A DNA stretch of 26,371 bases. Source: a virus (lineage: Duplodnaviria > Caudoviricetes). Under the pieces are notes generated by a model, which was given only the letters and a program-made list of their open reading frames with translations, was not told the origin of the DNA and searched no databases. Positions 1 to 8,859 of the stretch are shown one piece after another. Each line of letters opens with the position of its first letter. The stretch's first letter is position 1. The translations under genes and the position numbers were made by a program. The stretch covers positions 1 to 26,371 of the IMG/VR virus record IMGVR_UViG_3300027806_000141; one strand, written 5' to 3'.

Positions 1-2
1 CA

Positions 3-1115
3 GCCACCGACTACACCCGCAACGCTGGCGGCGTGTTCCCCCCGCGCTTTGACTACGACCCCGTGACGCTGGCCCCGCGCGGCCTGCTGATCGAGGAGCA
101 GCGGGTGAACTTGCTGCTGCGGTCGCAAGAGTTTGATAACGCGGCGTGGTCGAAGTTGCGCTCTAGTGTGACTGCGAACGCTACAACGGCCCCCGATGGG
201 ACGGTGACGGCGGACAAACTGGTTGAAGATACAACTGCCAGTGACACGCATTTTGTACTGCAAAGCCAGACCGCTTCATCCTCTACAACCTACACCTATT
301 CCGTCTTTCTGAAGGCTGGCGAACGCACTCGCGCGTCTTTGCAGGACGGCGCCGGTAGCAACGCCATAGGCAATTTTGACCTTTCAAACGGAACGGTTGT
401 TTCGACCAACGCTGCGACTGCGACGATTACAAACGCCGGTAACGGTTGGTATCGCTGCACACTAACGTTCACTACAATCGGCGGCCAAACAACCGCGAAT
501 TGCCGCATTTTCCTTATCGATACCGGCACTAACACCAGCTACACCGGAGACGGCACCAGCGGCATCTTCATCTACGGCGCACAACTCGAAGCCGGTGCCT
601 TTGCCACCAGCTACATCCCCACGGTGGCCTCGCAGGTTACGCGGACGGCGGATGTGGCGGCGATCAACGCGCCGAACTTTGCGAGTTGGTATAACCAGAG
701 CGAGGGGACGATCCTCGTCGAGGCTGTGACCTTTAAGCCAACGAGCGTGGGCGTCACCGTGTTGGCTGTCGATGTTAGTGATGGCGGGATTAACAACCGG
801 CATCTGATCGGCCCGCTGTCTAATCTTGTTACCGGACGGACGGTTGTTGGCGGCGTCACGCAGGTTGACATTAACACAGCCTACACCGCCAACGCGACCG
901 AAAAGCTGGCCTACGCATACAAGGTCAACGACTTCGCATTCTTCCGCAACGGGTCGCAAGTTGGGACTGACACAAGCGGGACGATCCCGACCGTAGACCG
1001 GATGTTCATCGGTAACGCCGCCGGGAGCGCGGCATTCTGGAACGGCTGGCTGCGCTCAATCCGCTATTACCCAACGCGCCTAACGCAGGCGCAGGGCCAA
1101 GCCCTGACGGCCTAA
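3..1115 (+). CDS. Fibre/spike protein with carbohydrate-binding (lectin/jelly-roll-like) domains, 5'-partial
   Basis: Frame is open from position 3 (ATDYTRNAGGVFPPRFDY...), so the start lies outside the window. Contains PRFDYDP..GLLIEEQRxNLL, GNGWYRC and GAQLEAGAFATSYIPT motifs typical of phage fibre/spike proteins; Thr/Gly/Ala rich. Confidence 0.75.
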   Translation, partial: ATDYTRNAGGVFPPRFDYDPVTLAPRGLLIEEQRVNLLLRSQEFDNAAWSKLRSSVTANATTAPDGTVTADKLVEDTTASDTHFVLQSQTASSSTTYTYSVFLKAGERTRASLQDGAGSNAIGNFDLSNGTVVSTNAATATITNAGNGWYRCTLTFTTIGGQTTANCRIFLIDTGTNTSYTGDGTSGIFIYGAQLEAGAFATSYIPTVASQVTRTADVAAINAPNFASWYNQSEGTILVEAVTFKPTSVGVTVLAVDVSDGGINNRHLIGPLSNLVTGRTVVGGVTQVDINTAYTANATEKLAYAYKVNDFAFFRNGSQVGTDTSGTIPTVDRMFIGNAAGSAAFWNGWLRSIRYYPTRLTQAQGQALTA

Positions 1116-1127
1116 GGAGACACCAAC

Positions 1128-1469
1128 ATGGACCTATATCTCCGCGCCCCCGACGAAGCCACGATGAACGCAGCCCTGATCGCTGCTGGCTTGGCCTACA
1201 ACGAAACCGTTCCTGTCCAGACGGGCGAGGACGAAGACGGCGAACCGATTATGGGCGAGGCCACTGTGCTGGTTCCCGCCCCGTTCGTGAGCCTCGACGT
1301 TATCGGGCCTATCGTGAAGTGGGACTACAGCGTCGATCCGCCAGTCGAGATCGACTACCCGGAATGGCACGTCAACGTGCGGTCATATGACCTGACTGAA
1401 GAGCAGCTTGCTGAACTTCAGCCGATCATCATCGTGCCGCCCGAACAGCCGTTTCGGGTCTGGGCCTAG
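1128..1469 (+). CDS. Hypothetical protein, possible fibre-associated/assembly protein
   Basis: 113-aa acidic ORF with AAGGAG RBS, immediately after the fibre gene. Confidence 0.6.
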   Translation: MDLYLRAPDEATMNAALIAAGLAYNETVPVQTGEDEDGEPIMGEATVLVPAPFVSLDVIGPIVKWDYSVDPPVEIDYPEWHVNVRSYDLTEEQLAELQPIIIVPPEQPFRVWA

Positions 1470-1472
1470 ATA

Positions 1473-1502
1473 TTGCCAGCGTACAAACTTTATTGTACGC
1501 TG
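1473..1502 (+). promoter_or_regulatory. Putative sigma70-type promoter overlapped by a 10-bp inverted repeat
   Basis: TTGCCA(1473-1478)-N17-TACGCT(1496-1501); perfect IR CAGCGTACAA(1477-1486)/TTGTACGCTG(1493-1502). Confidence 0.5.
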
Positions 1503-1510
1503 ACCGACAA

Positions 1511-1549
1511 CCGTACTGGTGCGGAACATCAGGTGACTTGAAAGGGTCA
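1511..1549 (+). promoter_or_regulatory. Candidate structured mRNA leader of the scaffold gene
   Basis: CCGTA/TGCGG stem whose CTGG loop is complementary to downstream TCAG; TGACTT-GAAA-GGGTCA hairpin covering the SD-like AAAGGG. Confidence 0.4.
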
Positions 1550-1556
1550 AAACCAC

Positions 1557-2351
1557 ATGGACGATACCGTCCCCATTGAAGCGGAAGTGCCCGCGCCGGA
1601 ACTGGAAACCACGGCGGCTCCAGAACCCGTTGAAACCGCAACGCCGGAAGAACAGCCTGTCGATCAGGACGCGCCCAAATCCTTCACTCAGGAAGAACTG
1701 GACGCCATCGTCGGCAAGCGGCTTGCGAGAGAACAGCGCAAGTGGGAACGAGAGCAGGCTCAGCGGCTTGCGGAGATGGAAGCAAGGCTCAAGGCTACGC
1801 CGGCGGCCGATCTATCCCCGGAGCAGTTTGATACTTACGACCAGTACGCAGAGGCTTTGGCCGAACGTAAGGCGGAAGAATTGCTGTCCCAGCGGGAAGC
1901 CGCACGGCAACAGCAGGCTTTGCTCGAACAGTACCACGACCGTGAAGAGACGGCGCGGGACAAGTACGATGACTTCGACCAAGTCGCGTACAACCCCAAC
2001 CTTCCCGTCACGGAATACATGGCCCAGAGCATCCAAGCCTCGGATGTTGGCCCCGATGTCCTCTATTGGCTCGGTTCCAACCCCAAGGAAGCGGATCGTA
2101 TCGCCAGATTGCACCCGATCTTGCAGGCGAAGGAAATCGGAAAGATTGAGGCTTCACTGTCCTCCAATCCGCCGGTTAGAAAGACTTCAACCGCCCCGGC
2201 ACCGATTGCACCTGTTACGCCGCGCGCTTCTGGCGCACCCGTGTACGACACCACCGACCCTCGCTCGACCAAGTCGATGAGCACGTCGGAATGGATCGAA
2301 GCGGAAAGGCTACGGCAGATCAAGAAGTACGAGGCACAACGCAACCGCTAA
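1557..2351 (+). CDS. Capsid scaffolding protein
   Basis: Acidic Pro/Glu-rich N-terminus, FTQEELDAIVGKRLARE coiled-coil motif, basic C-terminal helix; directly upstream of the coat gene. Confidence 0.85.
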   Translation: MDDTVPIEAEVPAPELETTAAPEPVETATPEEQPVDQDAPKSFTQEELDAIVGKRLAREQRKWEREQAQRLAEMEARLKATPAADLSPEQFDTYDQYAEALAERKAEELLSQREAARQQQALLEQYHDREETARDKYDDFDQVAYNPNLPVTEYMAQSIQASDVGPDVLYWLGSNPKEADRIARLHPILQAKEIGKIEASLSSNPPVRKTSTAPAPIAPVTPRASGAPVYDTTDPRSTKSMSTSEWIEAERLRQIKKYEAQRNR

Positions 2352-2366
2352 TTTGGGACCACGAAC

Positions 2367-3575
2367 ATGGCCAACTCACTTCTTACTATTGACATGATCA
2401 CGCGGAAGGCTCTGGAAATTCTGGAGAACAACCTCGTGCTCACCCGCAACGTCAACCGCCAGTACGACGACAGCTTCGCCGTCGAAGGCGCCAAGATCGG
2501 CTCGACCCTGCGCATCCGTCTGCCGGACCGCGCTCTCGTGACCGACGGTGCTGCCCTTCAGGTGCAGGACGACAACGAGCAGTTCACCACGCTGACGGTC
2601 AACAACCAGAAGCACATCGGTGTGAACTTCACCACCGCCGAACTGACCATGCAGCTTGACGACTTCGCCGAGCGCGTGCTCAAGCCGCGTATCTCGCAGC
2701 TTGCTGCCAGCATCGACGCGGACGTTGCCAACGCTTTCCGCACCGTCGGCAACTCGGTCGGCACCCCCGGCACTGTGCCGTCCACTTCGGCTGTGCTGCT
2801 TTCGGCCCAGCAGAAGCTGAACGAAAACGCTGCCGTGATGTCGCCGCGCTACGCCACCGTCAACCCGGCGGCCAACGCTGGTCTGGTCGAAGGCCTGAAG
2901 GGGCTGTTCAACCCGACTGATGTCATCAGCAAGCAGTTCAAGAACGGCCTGATGGGCACCGGCGTGCTTGGCTTCGAAGAAGTCAACATGTCGCAGTCGA
3001 TCAAGCAGTTTACCACCGGTTCGCGCACCGCGACCGGCGGTTCGACCTCGGCGGCCGTCACCACGGAAGGTGCCACCACCATCGCCATCACCGGTGCTGG
3101 TGCTAACGCCACCGTCCGTGCGGGCGACGTGTTCACCGTGGCTGACTGCTTCATGGTGAACCCGCAGACCCGTGAAAGCACCGGTTCGCTGTTCCAGTTC
3201 GTCGCTCTGGCGGACGTGACCCTGAGCGGCGCCGGCGCCGGCAATATCACCGTGGCTCCGATCTATTCGGCCGGCCACGCGCTTGCCACCGTGGACGCGC
3301 TGCCGGGCAACAGCAAGGCCATCGTGTTCGTCGGCGCTGCCAGCACGCAGTACCCGCAGAACCTCGTGTACCACAAGGACGCGATCACCTTCGCCACCGC
3401 CGACCTTCTGCTCCCGCAGGGCGTCGATATGGCGTCGCGTCAGGTGCACAACGGCATCAGCCTGCGCGTTGTCCGTCAGTACGACATCAACAACGACCGT
3501 ATGCCCTGCCGTATCGACGTTCTGTACGGCTACAGCACCATCCGTCCGCAGATGGCTTGCCGTCTCTGGGGTTAA
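2367..3575 (+). CDS. Major capsid protein, P22 gp5 (coat) family
   Basis: MANSLLTIDMITRKALEILEN start, GAKIGSTLRIRLP, AGDVFTVA, YHKDAITFATADL, CRIDVLYG motifs; strongly biased codon usage; 402 aa. Confidence 0.95.
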   Translation: MANSLLTIDMITRKALEILENNLVLTRNVNRQYDDSFAVEGAKIGSTLRIRLPDRALVTDGAALQVQDDNEQFTTLTVNNQKHIGVNFTTAELTMQLDDFAERVLKPRISQLAASIDADVANAFRTVGNSVGTPGTVPSTSAVLLSAQQKLNENAAVMSPRYATVNPAANAGLVEGLKGLFNPTDVISKQFKNGLMGTGVLGFEEVNMSQSIKQFTTGSRTATGGSTSAAVTTEGATTIAITGAGANATVRAGDVFTVADCFMVNPQTRESTGSLFQFVALADVTLSGAGAGNITVAPIYSAGHALATVDALPGNSKAIVFVGAASTQYPQNLVYHKDAITFATADLLLPQGVDMASRQVHNGISLRVVRQYDINNDRMPCRIDVLYGYSTIRPQMACRLWG

Positions 3576-3585
3576 TCAAAACTAC

Positions 3586-3607
3586 GGCCCCCGGACTTCC
3601 GGGGGCC
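3586..3607 (+). terminator. GC-rich hairpin after the coat gene (weak terminator or mRNA stabiliser)
   Basis: GGCCCCCGG-ACTT-CCGGGGGCC 9-bp stem, followed by AATTCT rather than a U-tract. Confidence 0.45.
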
Positions 3608-3630
3608 AATTCTGATCAAGGAGAAATACT

Positions 3631-4044
3631 ATGTCTCTTCCCAATGGCGGCGGCGGCTATCAGATCGGTGATGGCAACCTCGACGAACCCCTGATCGACG
3701 CGATCCCGGCCCCGGTTTCGGTTACGGCTACGGCCACGCTGACCGCGGCTCAGGTTCTCAACGGTCTGATCCTTGCAAACAACGGTGTGACCTCCCAGCA
3801 GACCTACACTCTGCCGACGGTCACTGACCTTGAGGCTGCTCTGACCAACGCGGACAAGGTGGGCACTTCGTTCACCTTCCGCGTGGTCAACCTCGGCACC
3901 TCGTCGGGCACCGCCGTTATCGCGGCTGGCACCGGCTGGACTGTCACCGGTTCGCTGACCATGACCATCCCCGTGACCACTGGCGCGATGATGATCGCGC
4001 GCAAGTCGGCCGCCGGGGCTTGGACGCTGTACCGCGTCGCCTAA
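3631..4044 (+). CDS. Putative capsid decoration/minor head protein
   Basis: 137 aa, Thr/Ala/Gly-rich beta-type sequence, AAGGAG RBS, position directly after the coat gene. Confidence 0.65.
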   Translation: MSLPNGGGGYQIGDGNLDEPLIDAIPAPVSVTATATLTAAQVLNGLILANNGVTSQQTYTLPTVTDLEAALTNADKVGTSFTFRVVNLGTSSGTAVIAAGTGWTVTGSLTMTIPVTTGAMMIARKSAAGAWTLYRVA

Positions 4045-4050
4045 CAAAGT

Positions 4051-4080
4051 CTGCGCCCGGCTTCGGCCGGGCGCAGTTTT
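4051..4080 (+). terminator. Rho-independent terminator
   Basis: CTGCGCCCGGC-TTCG-GCCGGGCGCAG 11-bp stem with C(UUCG)G tetraloop, followed by TTTT. Confidence 0.85.
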
Positions 4081-4093
4081 CAAGAGGTTTGTC

Positions 4094-4264
4094 ATGGCTG
4101 TCATTTACATGGTACACCCTATCCACGGCGCCAAAGTAGCAACTTCGGACGCTGAAGCGGATTACGACGAAATGTACGGGTGGGAACGCATTGCTGATCC
4201 TGCCGCCACGGTGGAAAAGAACTCCAAGCGCCGCGGCCCTCGCCGGGCAGAGCAGGAAGACTAA
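4094..4264 (+). CDS. Small hypothetical protein (56 aa), not in the ORF track
   Basis: MAVIYMVHPIHGAKVATSDAEADYDEMYGWERI...KRRGPRRAEQED*; GAGG RBS; fills the gap before the gp4-like gene. Confidence 0.75.
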   Translation: MAVIYMVHPIHGAKVATSDAEADYDEMYGWERIADPAATVEKNSKRRGPRRAEQED

Positions 4265-4267
4265 GTC

Positions 4268-4978
4268 ATGGCCAGCGCGGGCGACATCATTAACGGCTCT
4301 CTGCGCCTGATCGGCGTACTGGCCGAAGGCGAAACGCCGTCCGCTGACACGTCGCAGGACGCCTTGGTGGCGATGCAGCAGATGATTGATAGCTGGAACA
4401 CAGAACGGCTGTCGGTTTTTTCCACGCAAGATCAGGTCTTCACTTGGCCCGCCGCCGAAATCCGTCGCACGCTGGGGCCGTCTGGCGACTTCGTCGGCAA
4501 CCGCCCGGTGCTGCTGGACGATAGCACCTACTTCCGTGACGCCACCACCGGCGTCAGCTACGGCATCAAGTTCATCAACCAGCAGCAGTACAACGGCATC
4601 GCGGTCAAGACCGTGACTTCGACGTACCCGCAGGTCATCTTCGTCAACAACACCTACCCCGACATCGAAATGTTCGTCTATCCGAAGCCCATCCGGGCGC
4701 TGGAGTGGCACTTCATCTCGGTCGAAGAACTGACCGCACCGGTCACGCTGGCGACATCGCTTCACTTCCCGCCGGGCTACCTGCGGGCGTTCCGCTACAA
4801 TCTGGCCTGCGAACTGGCCCCGGAGTTCGGCGTCGAGCCGTCGCCGCAGGTCCAGCGCATCGCCATGACCAGCAAGCGCAACCTCAAGCGGATCAACAAC
4901 CCCGACGACATCATGGCCATGCCGTACAGCCTGATCGCCAGTCGCCAGCGCTTTAACGTCTACGCGGGCAACTACTGA
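4268..4978 (+). CDS. Head-tail adaptor, P22 gp4-like tail accessory factor
   Basis: AGDIINGSLRLIGVLAEGETPS N-terminus and YNLACELAPEFG C-terminal motif; synteny before the gp10-like gene. Confidence 0.8.
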   Translation: MASAGDIINGSLRLIGVLAEGETPSADTSQDALVAMQQMIDSWNTERLSVFSTQDQVFTWPAAEIRRTLGPSGDFVGNRPVLLDDSTYFRDATTGVSYGIKFINQQQYNGIAVKTVTSTYPQVIFVNNTYPDIEMFVYPKPIRALEWHFISVEELTAPVTLATSLHFPPGYLRAFRYNLACELAPEFGVEPSPQVQRIAMTSKRNLKRINNPDDIMAMPYSLIASRQRFNVYAGNY

Positions 4979-6513
4979 TGCAGACGCCGATCCTTGGGTC
5001 GGCGTATGTCGCCCGCAGCGTCAACGCCGCCGACAACCGCATGATCAACCTCTTCCCAGAGGTCGTGCCGGAAGGCGGCCAGATGCCCGCGTTCCTGAAC
5101 CGCGCGCCGGGCCTGAAGTTTCAGCAGACCGTCGGCACCGGCCCCATTCGCGGGCTGTGGGCGCACCAGACGCAGGGCGACGACTTCTACGTCGTGTCAG
5201 GCCAAGAGGTCTACAAGCTGTCCTCGCTGACCGGCACGCCGCGTCTGCTGGGTTCGATCTCCGGCACCGGTCAGGTGTCCATCGCCGACAATGGCGACCA
5301 GATCGTTTTCGTGTCGAACCCGAACGCTTACGTCTACACGGAGTCCACTGACACCTACGTGCAGGTCACGGACCCGGATTTCCCCGGCGCGGTGACGGTC
5401 GGCTACCTCGACGGCTACTTCGTGTTCAACCAGCCGGATAGCCAGAAACTTTGGGTCACGTCGCTGCTGGACGGCACACAAATCGACCCTCTGGACTTTG
5501 CCAGCGCTGAAGGTTCGCCCGACGGCGTGGTCGGCATCATCGTGGACCACCGCGAAGTATGGGTCTTCGGGACGGACAGCACCGAAGTCTGGTACAACGC
5601 CGGCGCAGCCGATTTCCCGCTGGCGCGCATCCAAGGCGCCTACAACGAGATCGGCTGCGTCGCTCCCTATTCGATTGCCAAGCTGGACAACAGCGTGTTC
5701 TGGCTGGGCCGCGACGCCCGCGGTCAGGGCATCGTCTACCGCGCTGGCGGTTACGTCGGCCAGCGCATCTCGACGCACGCTATCGAGTGGCAAATCCAGC
5801 AGTACTCGGACATGACCGACGCGGTGGCCTACACCTACCAGCAGGACGGCCACGCCTTCTACGTGCTGAACTTCCCCAGCGGCAACACGACGTGGGTCTA
5901 TGACGCCGCGACCGGCGCATGGCACGAGCGGGCGTATTTCGACGCGGGCGAGTTCACCCGCCACCGCGGCAACTGCCAGTGCAACTTCAACGGCAACATC
6001 ATCATCGGCGACTACCAGAACGGCAACATCTACACGTTCGACCTGACGACCTATGCTGACAACGGCACTCCGCAGAAGTGGCTGCGGTCGTGGCGTGCGC
6101 TGCCGACCGGCGCGAACAACCTGCGTCGTACGACGCAGCACTCGCTGCAACTCAATCTGGAAGTCGGTGTCGGCCTGAACGGGCTGGCGTTTGGCGACAC
6201 GCAGAGCAGCCCAGACTACACGCTTGAACTAGACTTTCAAGATCAACTGTTCGAGGTGCCCGGCACCACGCCGGTCGTGCAGGGCGCGGACCCGCAGGTT
6301 ATGCTGCGCTGGTCGGACGACGGCGGCCATACATGGTCGAACGAGCACTGGACTTCCATCGGGCGTATCGGCCAGTACAGCCGCCGCGCGCTGTGGCGTC
6401 GTCTCGGCATGACGCTCAAGCTGCGCGACCGCGTCTACGAGGTGTCAGGCACCGACCCGGTCAAGATCAGCATCATTGGCGCCGAACTGCTCCTGAGCGG
6501 GACAAATGGCTGA
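4978..6513 (+). CDS. Packaged DNA stabilisation / tail hub protein, P22 gp10-like
   Basis: LDGYFVFN, FASAEGSPD, RISTHAIE, YQQDGHAFYVLNFP, LRWSDDGGHTWS motifs; TGATG coupling to the upstream gene. Confidence 0.9.
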   Translation: MQTPILGSAYVARSVNAADNRMINLFPEVVPEGGQMPAFLNRAPGLKFQQTVGTGPIRGLWAHQTQGDDFYVVSGQEVYKLSSLTGTPRLLGSISGTGQVSIADNGDQIVFVSNPNAYVYTESTDTYVQVTDPDFPGAVTVGYLDGYFVFNQPDSQKLWVTSLLDGTQIDPLDFASAEGSPDGVVGIIVDHREVWVFGTDSTEVWYNAGAADFPLARIQGAYNEIGCVAPYSIAKLDNSVFWLGRDARGQGIVYRAGGYVGQRISTHAIEWQIQQYSDMTDAVAYTYQQDGHAFYVLNFPSGNTTWVYDAATGAWHERAYFDAGEFTRHRGNCQCNFNGNIIIGDYQNGNIYTFDLTTYADNGTPQKWLRSWRALPTGANNLRRTTQHSLQLNLEVGVGLNGLAFGDTQSSPDYTLELDFQDQLFEVPGTTPVVQGADPQVMLRWSDDGGHTWSNEHWTSIGRIGQYSRRALWRRLGMTLKLRDRVYEVSGTDPVKISIIGAELLLSGTNG

Positions 6514-7228
6514 ACCGGTCAACATAACCAAGATACCCGCGTCCCGTGTCGGCGTCATCGACCAGCGCACGGGCCTGATGACCCGTGACTGGTATCGGTT
6601 CTTCTTCAACCTGTTCACGCTGACCGGCGGCGGCAACAACCCGGTCACGCTGGACGAGGTGCAGCTTGGGCCGCCAACCGACAACAACTTGTCCGAGCAT
6701 CAGGTGATGCAGGAGTTGCAGGGGCTTAACCTCGCGCCTGCGCACACACCGCAGTTGCCGCGGCATCGCTACGGCTCGTTCTACGACACGACGGATCAGA
6801 CTGCCGCGCTGGTTAACACGGCCTACGCGATGACGTTCAACACGACCGACCTGAGCCTCGGCGTCACGCTCGGCACGCCCACGTCGCGCGTCTACGTCGA
6901 TACCGCGAACATCTACAACATCCAGTTCTCGGCGCAGATCGACACCACGATAGCGACCGACCATCTATTGTGGATTTGGCTGCGCAAGAACGGCACGGAC
7001 GTGCCTGACAGCGCTGGGCAGGTGCGCACCAAGGGCAACAACTTCGCCACTATTGCTGCATGGAATTATCTGCTATCCATGAACGCTGGTGACTACTTTG
7101 AACTGATGTGGGCCGTGGACGACACCGGCGTGTACCTGAACTCCAGCGCCGCCAGCGCCTTCCACCCTGCTATTCCGTCGGTCATCCTGACCGTGACCAA
7201 CAACATCAATGCCGGGGGGCCTTACTGA
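6506..7228 (+). CDS. Tail needle/minor tail protein with beta-sandwich C-terminal domain
   Basis: Position after the gp10-like gene; RDWYRFF N-terminal motif; C-terminal beta-rich (C1q/TNF-like) pattern YNIQFSAQ...GDYFELMW. Confidence 0.55.
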   Translation: MAEPVNITKIPASRVGVIDQRTGLMTRDWYRFFFNLFTLTGGGNNPVTLDEVQLGPPTDNNLSEHQVMQELQGLNLAPAHTPQLPRHRYGSFYDTTDQTAALVNTAYAMTFNTTDLSLGVTLGTPTSRVYVDTANIYNIQFSAQIDTTIATDHLLWIWLRKNGTDVPDSAGQVRTKGNNFATIAAWNYLLSMNAGDYFELMWAVDDTGVYLNSSAASAFHPAIPSVILTVTNNINAGGPY

Positions 7229-7229
7229 T

Positions 7230-8084
7230 ATGGCAATCCTTTCTCCACCGCCCAAGGCCCAGTTCCTCGACGCTAACGGCGCTCCGCTGGCTGGCGGCAA
7301 GGTCTACACCTATCAGGCCGGCACGACCACGCCGCTGGCGACTTACACTACTGCGGGCGGCACCACGCCGAACGCCAACCCGGTCATCCTTGACGCGCGC
7401 GGCGAGGCCGACATTTGGTACGCGCCCGGCGTGTCGTACAAGGTCGTCCTGCGCACCTCGGCCGACGCGCTCATCTGGACTGTGGACAACATCGCCATGT
7501 CTGGGTCGATGGCCACGCAGAACGCTGACAACGTCAGCATCACCGGCGGCACCATCGGCAGCGGCGTGACTTTCGCCGGCAGCATCACCGGCACGGCCAC
7601 CAACGTGACCGGCACCGTCGCCGTCGCCAACGGCGGCACGGGCGCCACGACGGCTGCCAACGCCCGCACCAACCTCGGCGCGGCCGCATCGGGCGCCAAC
7701 ACCGACATCACCTCGCTGGAGCAGGACGTGGCGATTGTCGCCACCGGCACCATCGGCACGGACAGCGTCGGCTACCGCGGCGCCCCGCAGAACGCCCAGA
7801 CCGGCGCCTACGCGCTGACGCTGAACGACAACGGCAAGCACATCTCGATCACGACCGGCGGCATCACCATTCCGGCTAACGCCTCGGTGGCGTTCCCGAT
7901 TGGCGCGACCGTTGTGATCTACAACAACAGCGGCTCCTCGCAGACCATCGCCATCACGTCCGACACGCTGCGGCAGGCTGGCACCACGAACACCGGCTCT
8001 CGCACGCTGGCGGGCTACGGTCTGGCCACGGTCGTCAAGGTGGCCGCTACGGTCTGGGTCATCAGCGGGGCGGGGCTGTCCTGA
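7230..8084 (+). CDS. Tail fibre/tailspike-type protein with head-binding-like N-terminus
   Basis: QFLDANGAPLAGGKVYTYQAGTTTP...NPVILDARGEA N-terminus; GTVAVANGGTGATTAANARTNLG fibre motif; start placed at ATG 7230 just after the upstream stop. Confidence 0.75.
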   Translation: MAILSPPPKAQFLDANGAPLAGGKVYTYQAGTTTPLATYTTAGGTTPNANPVILDARGEADIWYAPGVSYKVVLRTSADALIWTVDNIAMSGSMATQNADNVSITGGTIGSGVTFAGSITGTATNVTGTVAVANGGTGATTAANARTNLGAAASGANTDITSLEQDVAIVATGTIGTDSVGYRGAPQNAQTGAYALTLNDNGKHISITTGGITIPANASVAFPIGATVVIYNNSGSSQTIAITSDTLRQAGTTNTGSRTLAGYGLATVVKVAATVWVISGAGLS

Positions 8085-8512
8085 TGAGCGGCGCGGTCCT
8101 CTCGCTGATTGGCGCTGGCGGGGGCGCGTCGGCCGTTACGATTACCCTTAGCGCGCAGTACATCTACGCTTTCAATGCGCTGGGCACTGCTTCCGCGGCG
8201 TACCAGCTAAAGTCAGATGGCACGGCCAACTACAGCCAGAACGGTGGCGGCTACATCTTTCTGGAAGACTGGTGCGTGCCGGGCGCGCAGGCCACCAACT
8301 ACGAGTGCTACGTCACGGTTGTGTCGGGGGTTCTCGACGGCAGCAGTTCCGCGACCGGCACTTGGCTGGCGCTGTCGTCGTCGCGGGCGTGGCTGGTGTC
8401 GCAGCCGACGCTGGGCATTACCGACGCGATCATCAATATCGGCATTCGGCGCGTCGGCACCTCGACAATTTTGGCTTCGGCGGACATAACGCTACAAGCC
8501 GAATACAACTAA
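8084..8512 (+). CDS. Hypothetical virion/fibre-associated protein
   Basis: 142 aa, TGATG-coupled to the fibre gene, beta-rich composition. Confidence 0.6.
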   Translation: MSGAVLSLIGAGGGASAVTITLSAQYIYAFNALGTASAAYQLKSDGTANYSQNGGGYIFLEDWCVPGAQATNYECYVTVVSGVLDGSSSATGTWLALSSSRAWLVSQPTLGITDAIINIGIRRVGTSTILASADITLQAEYN

Positions 8513-8523
8513 GGGCCTGAACC

Positions 8524-8859
8524 ATGACTGTTACCGTCAAAGTGCTCATTCCGTCGAAGATCGCGGAGAACACGCAGTCCACGCAGTACACCGCGACCAA
8601 CGTGACCACGATCATCGACAAGTTCACCGCCACCAACTACAGCACCTCGGCAGCGTCGATCAGCGTCAATCTGGTGACGGCCGCCGACACGGCCGGTACG
8701 CAGAACCTGATCGTGAAGACCAAGACGCTGCAACCGAACGAGACGTATACCTTCCCGGAGATCGTCGGGCACGCCTTGGCCCCGAACGGCTTCATCTCTA
8801 CGCTGGCCAGCGCCTCGCTGTCGGTCAACATCCGTGCATCAGGCCGCGAGATCACCTGA
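8524..8859 (+). CDS. Hypothetical virion protein
   Basis: 111 aa Thr-rich ORF with phage-like codon usage, ends ASGREIT. Confidence 0.65.
   Translation: MTVTVKVLIPSKIAENTQSTQYTATNVTTIIDKFTATNYSTSAASISVNLVTAADTAGTQNLIVKTKTLQPNETYTFPEIVGHALAPNGFISTLASASLSVNIRASGREIT

Noticed and set aside
3560-3631. Programmed frameshift fusing the coat to the downstream protein
   Set aside because: No convincing slippery heptamer, and the downstream gene's frame has a stop at 3613-3615 and its own RBS
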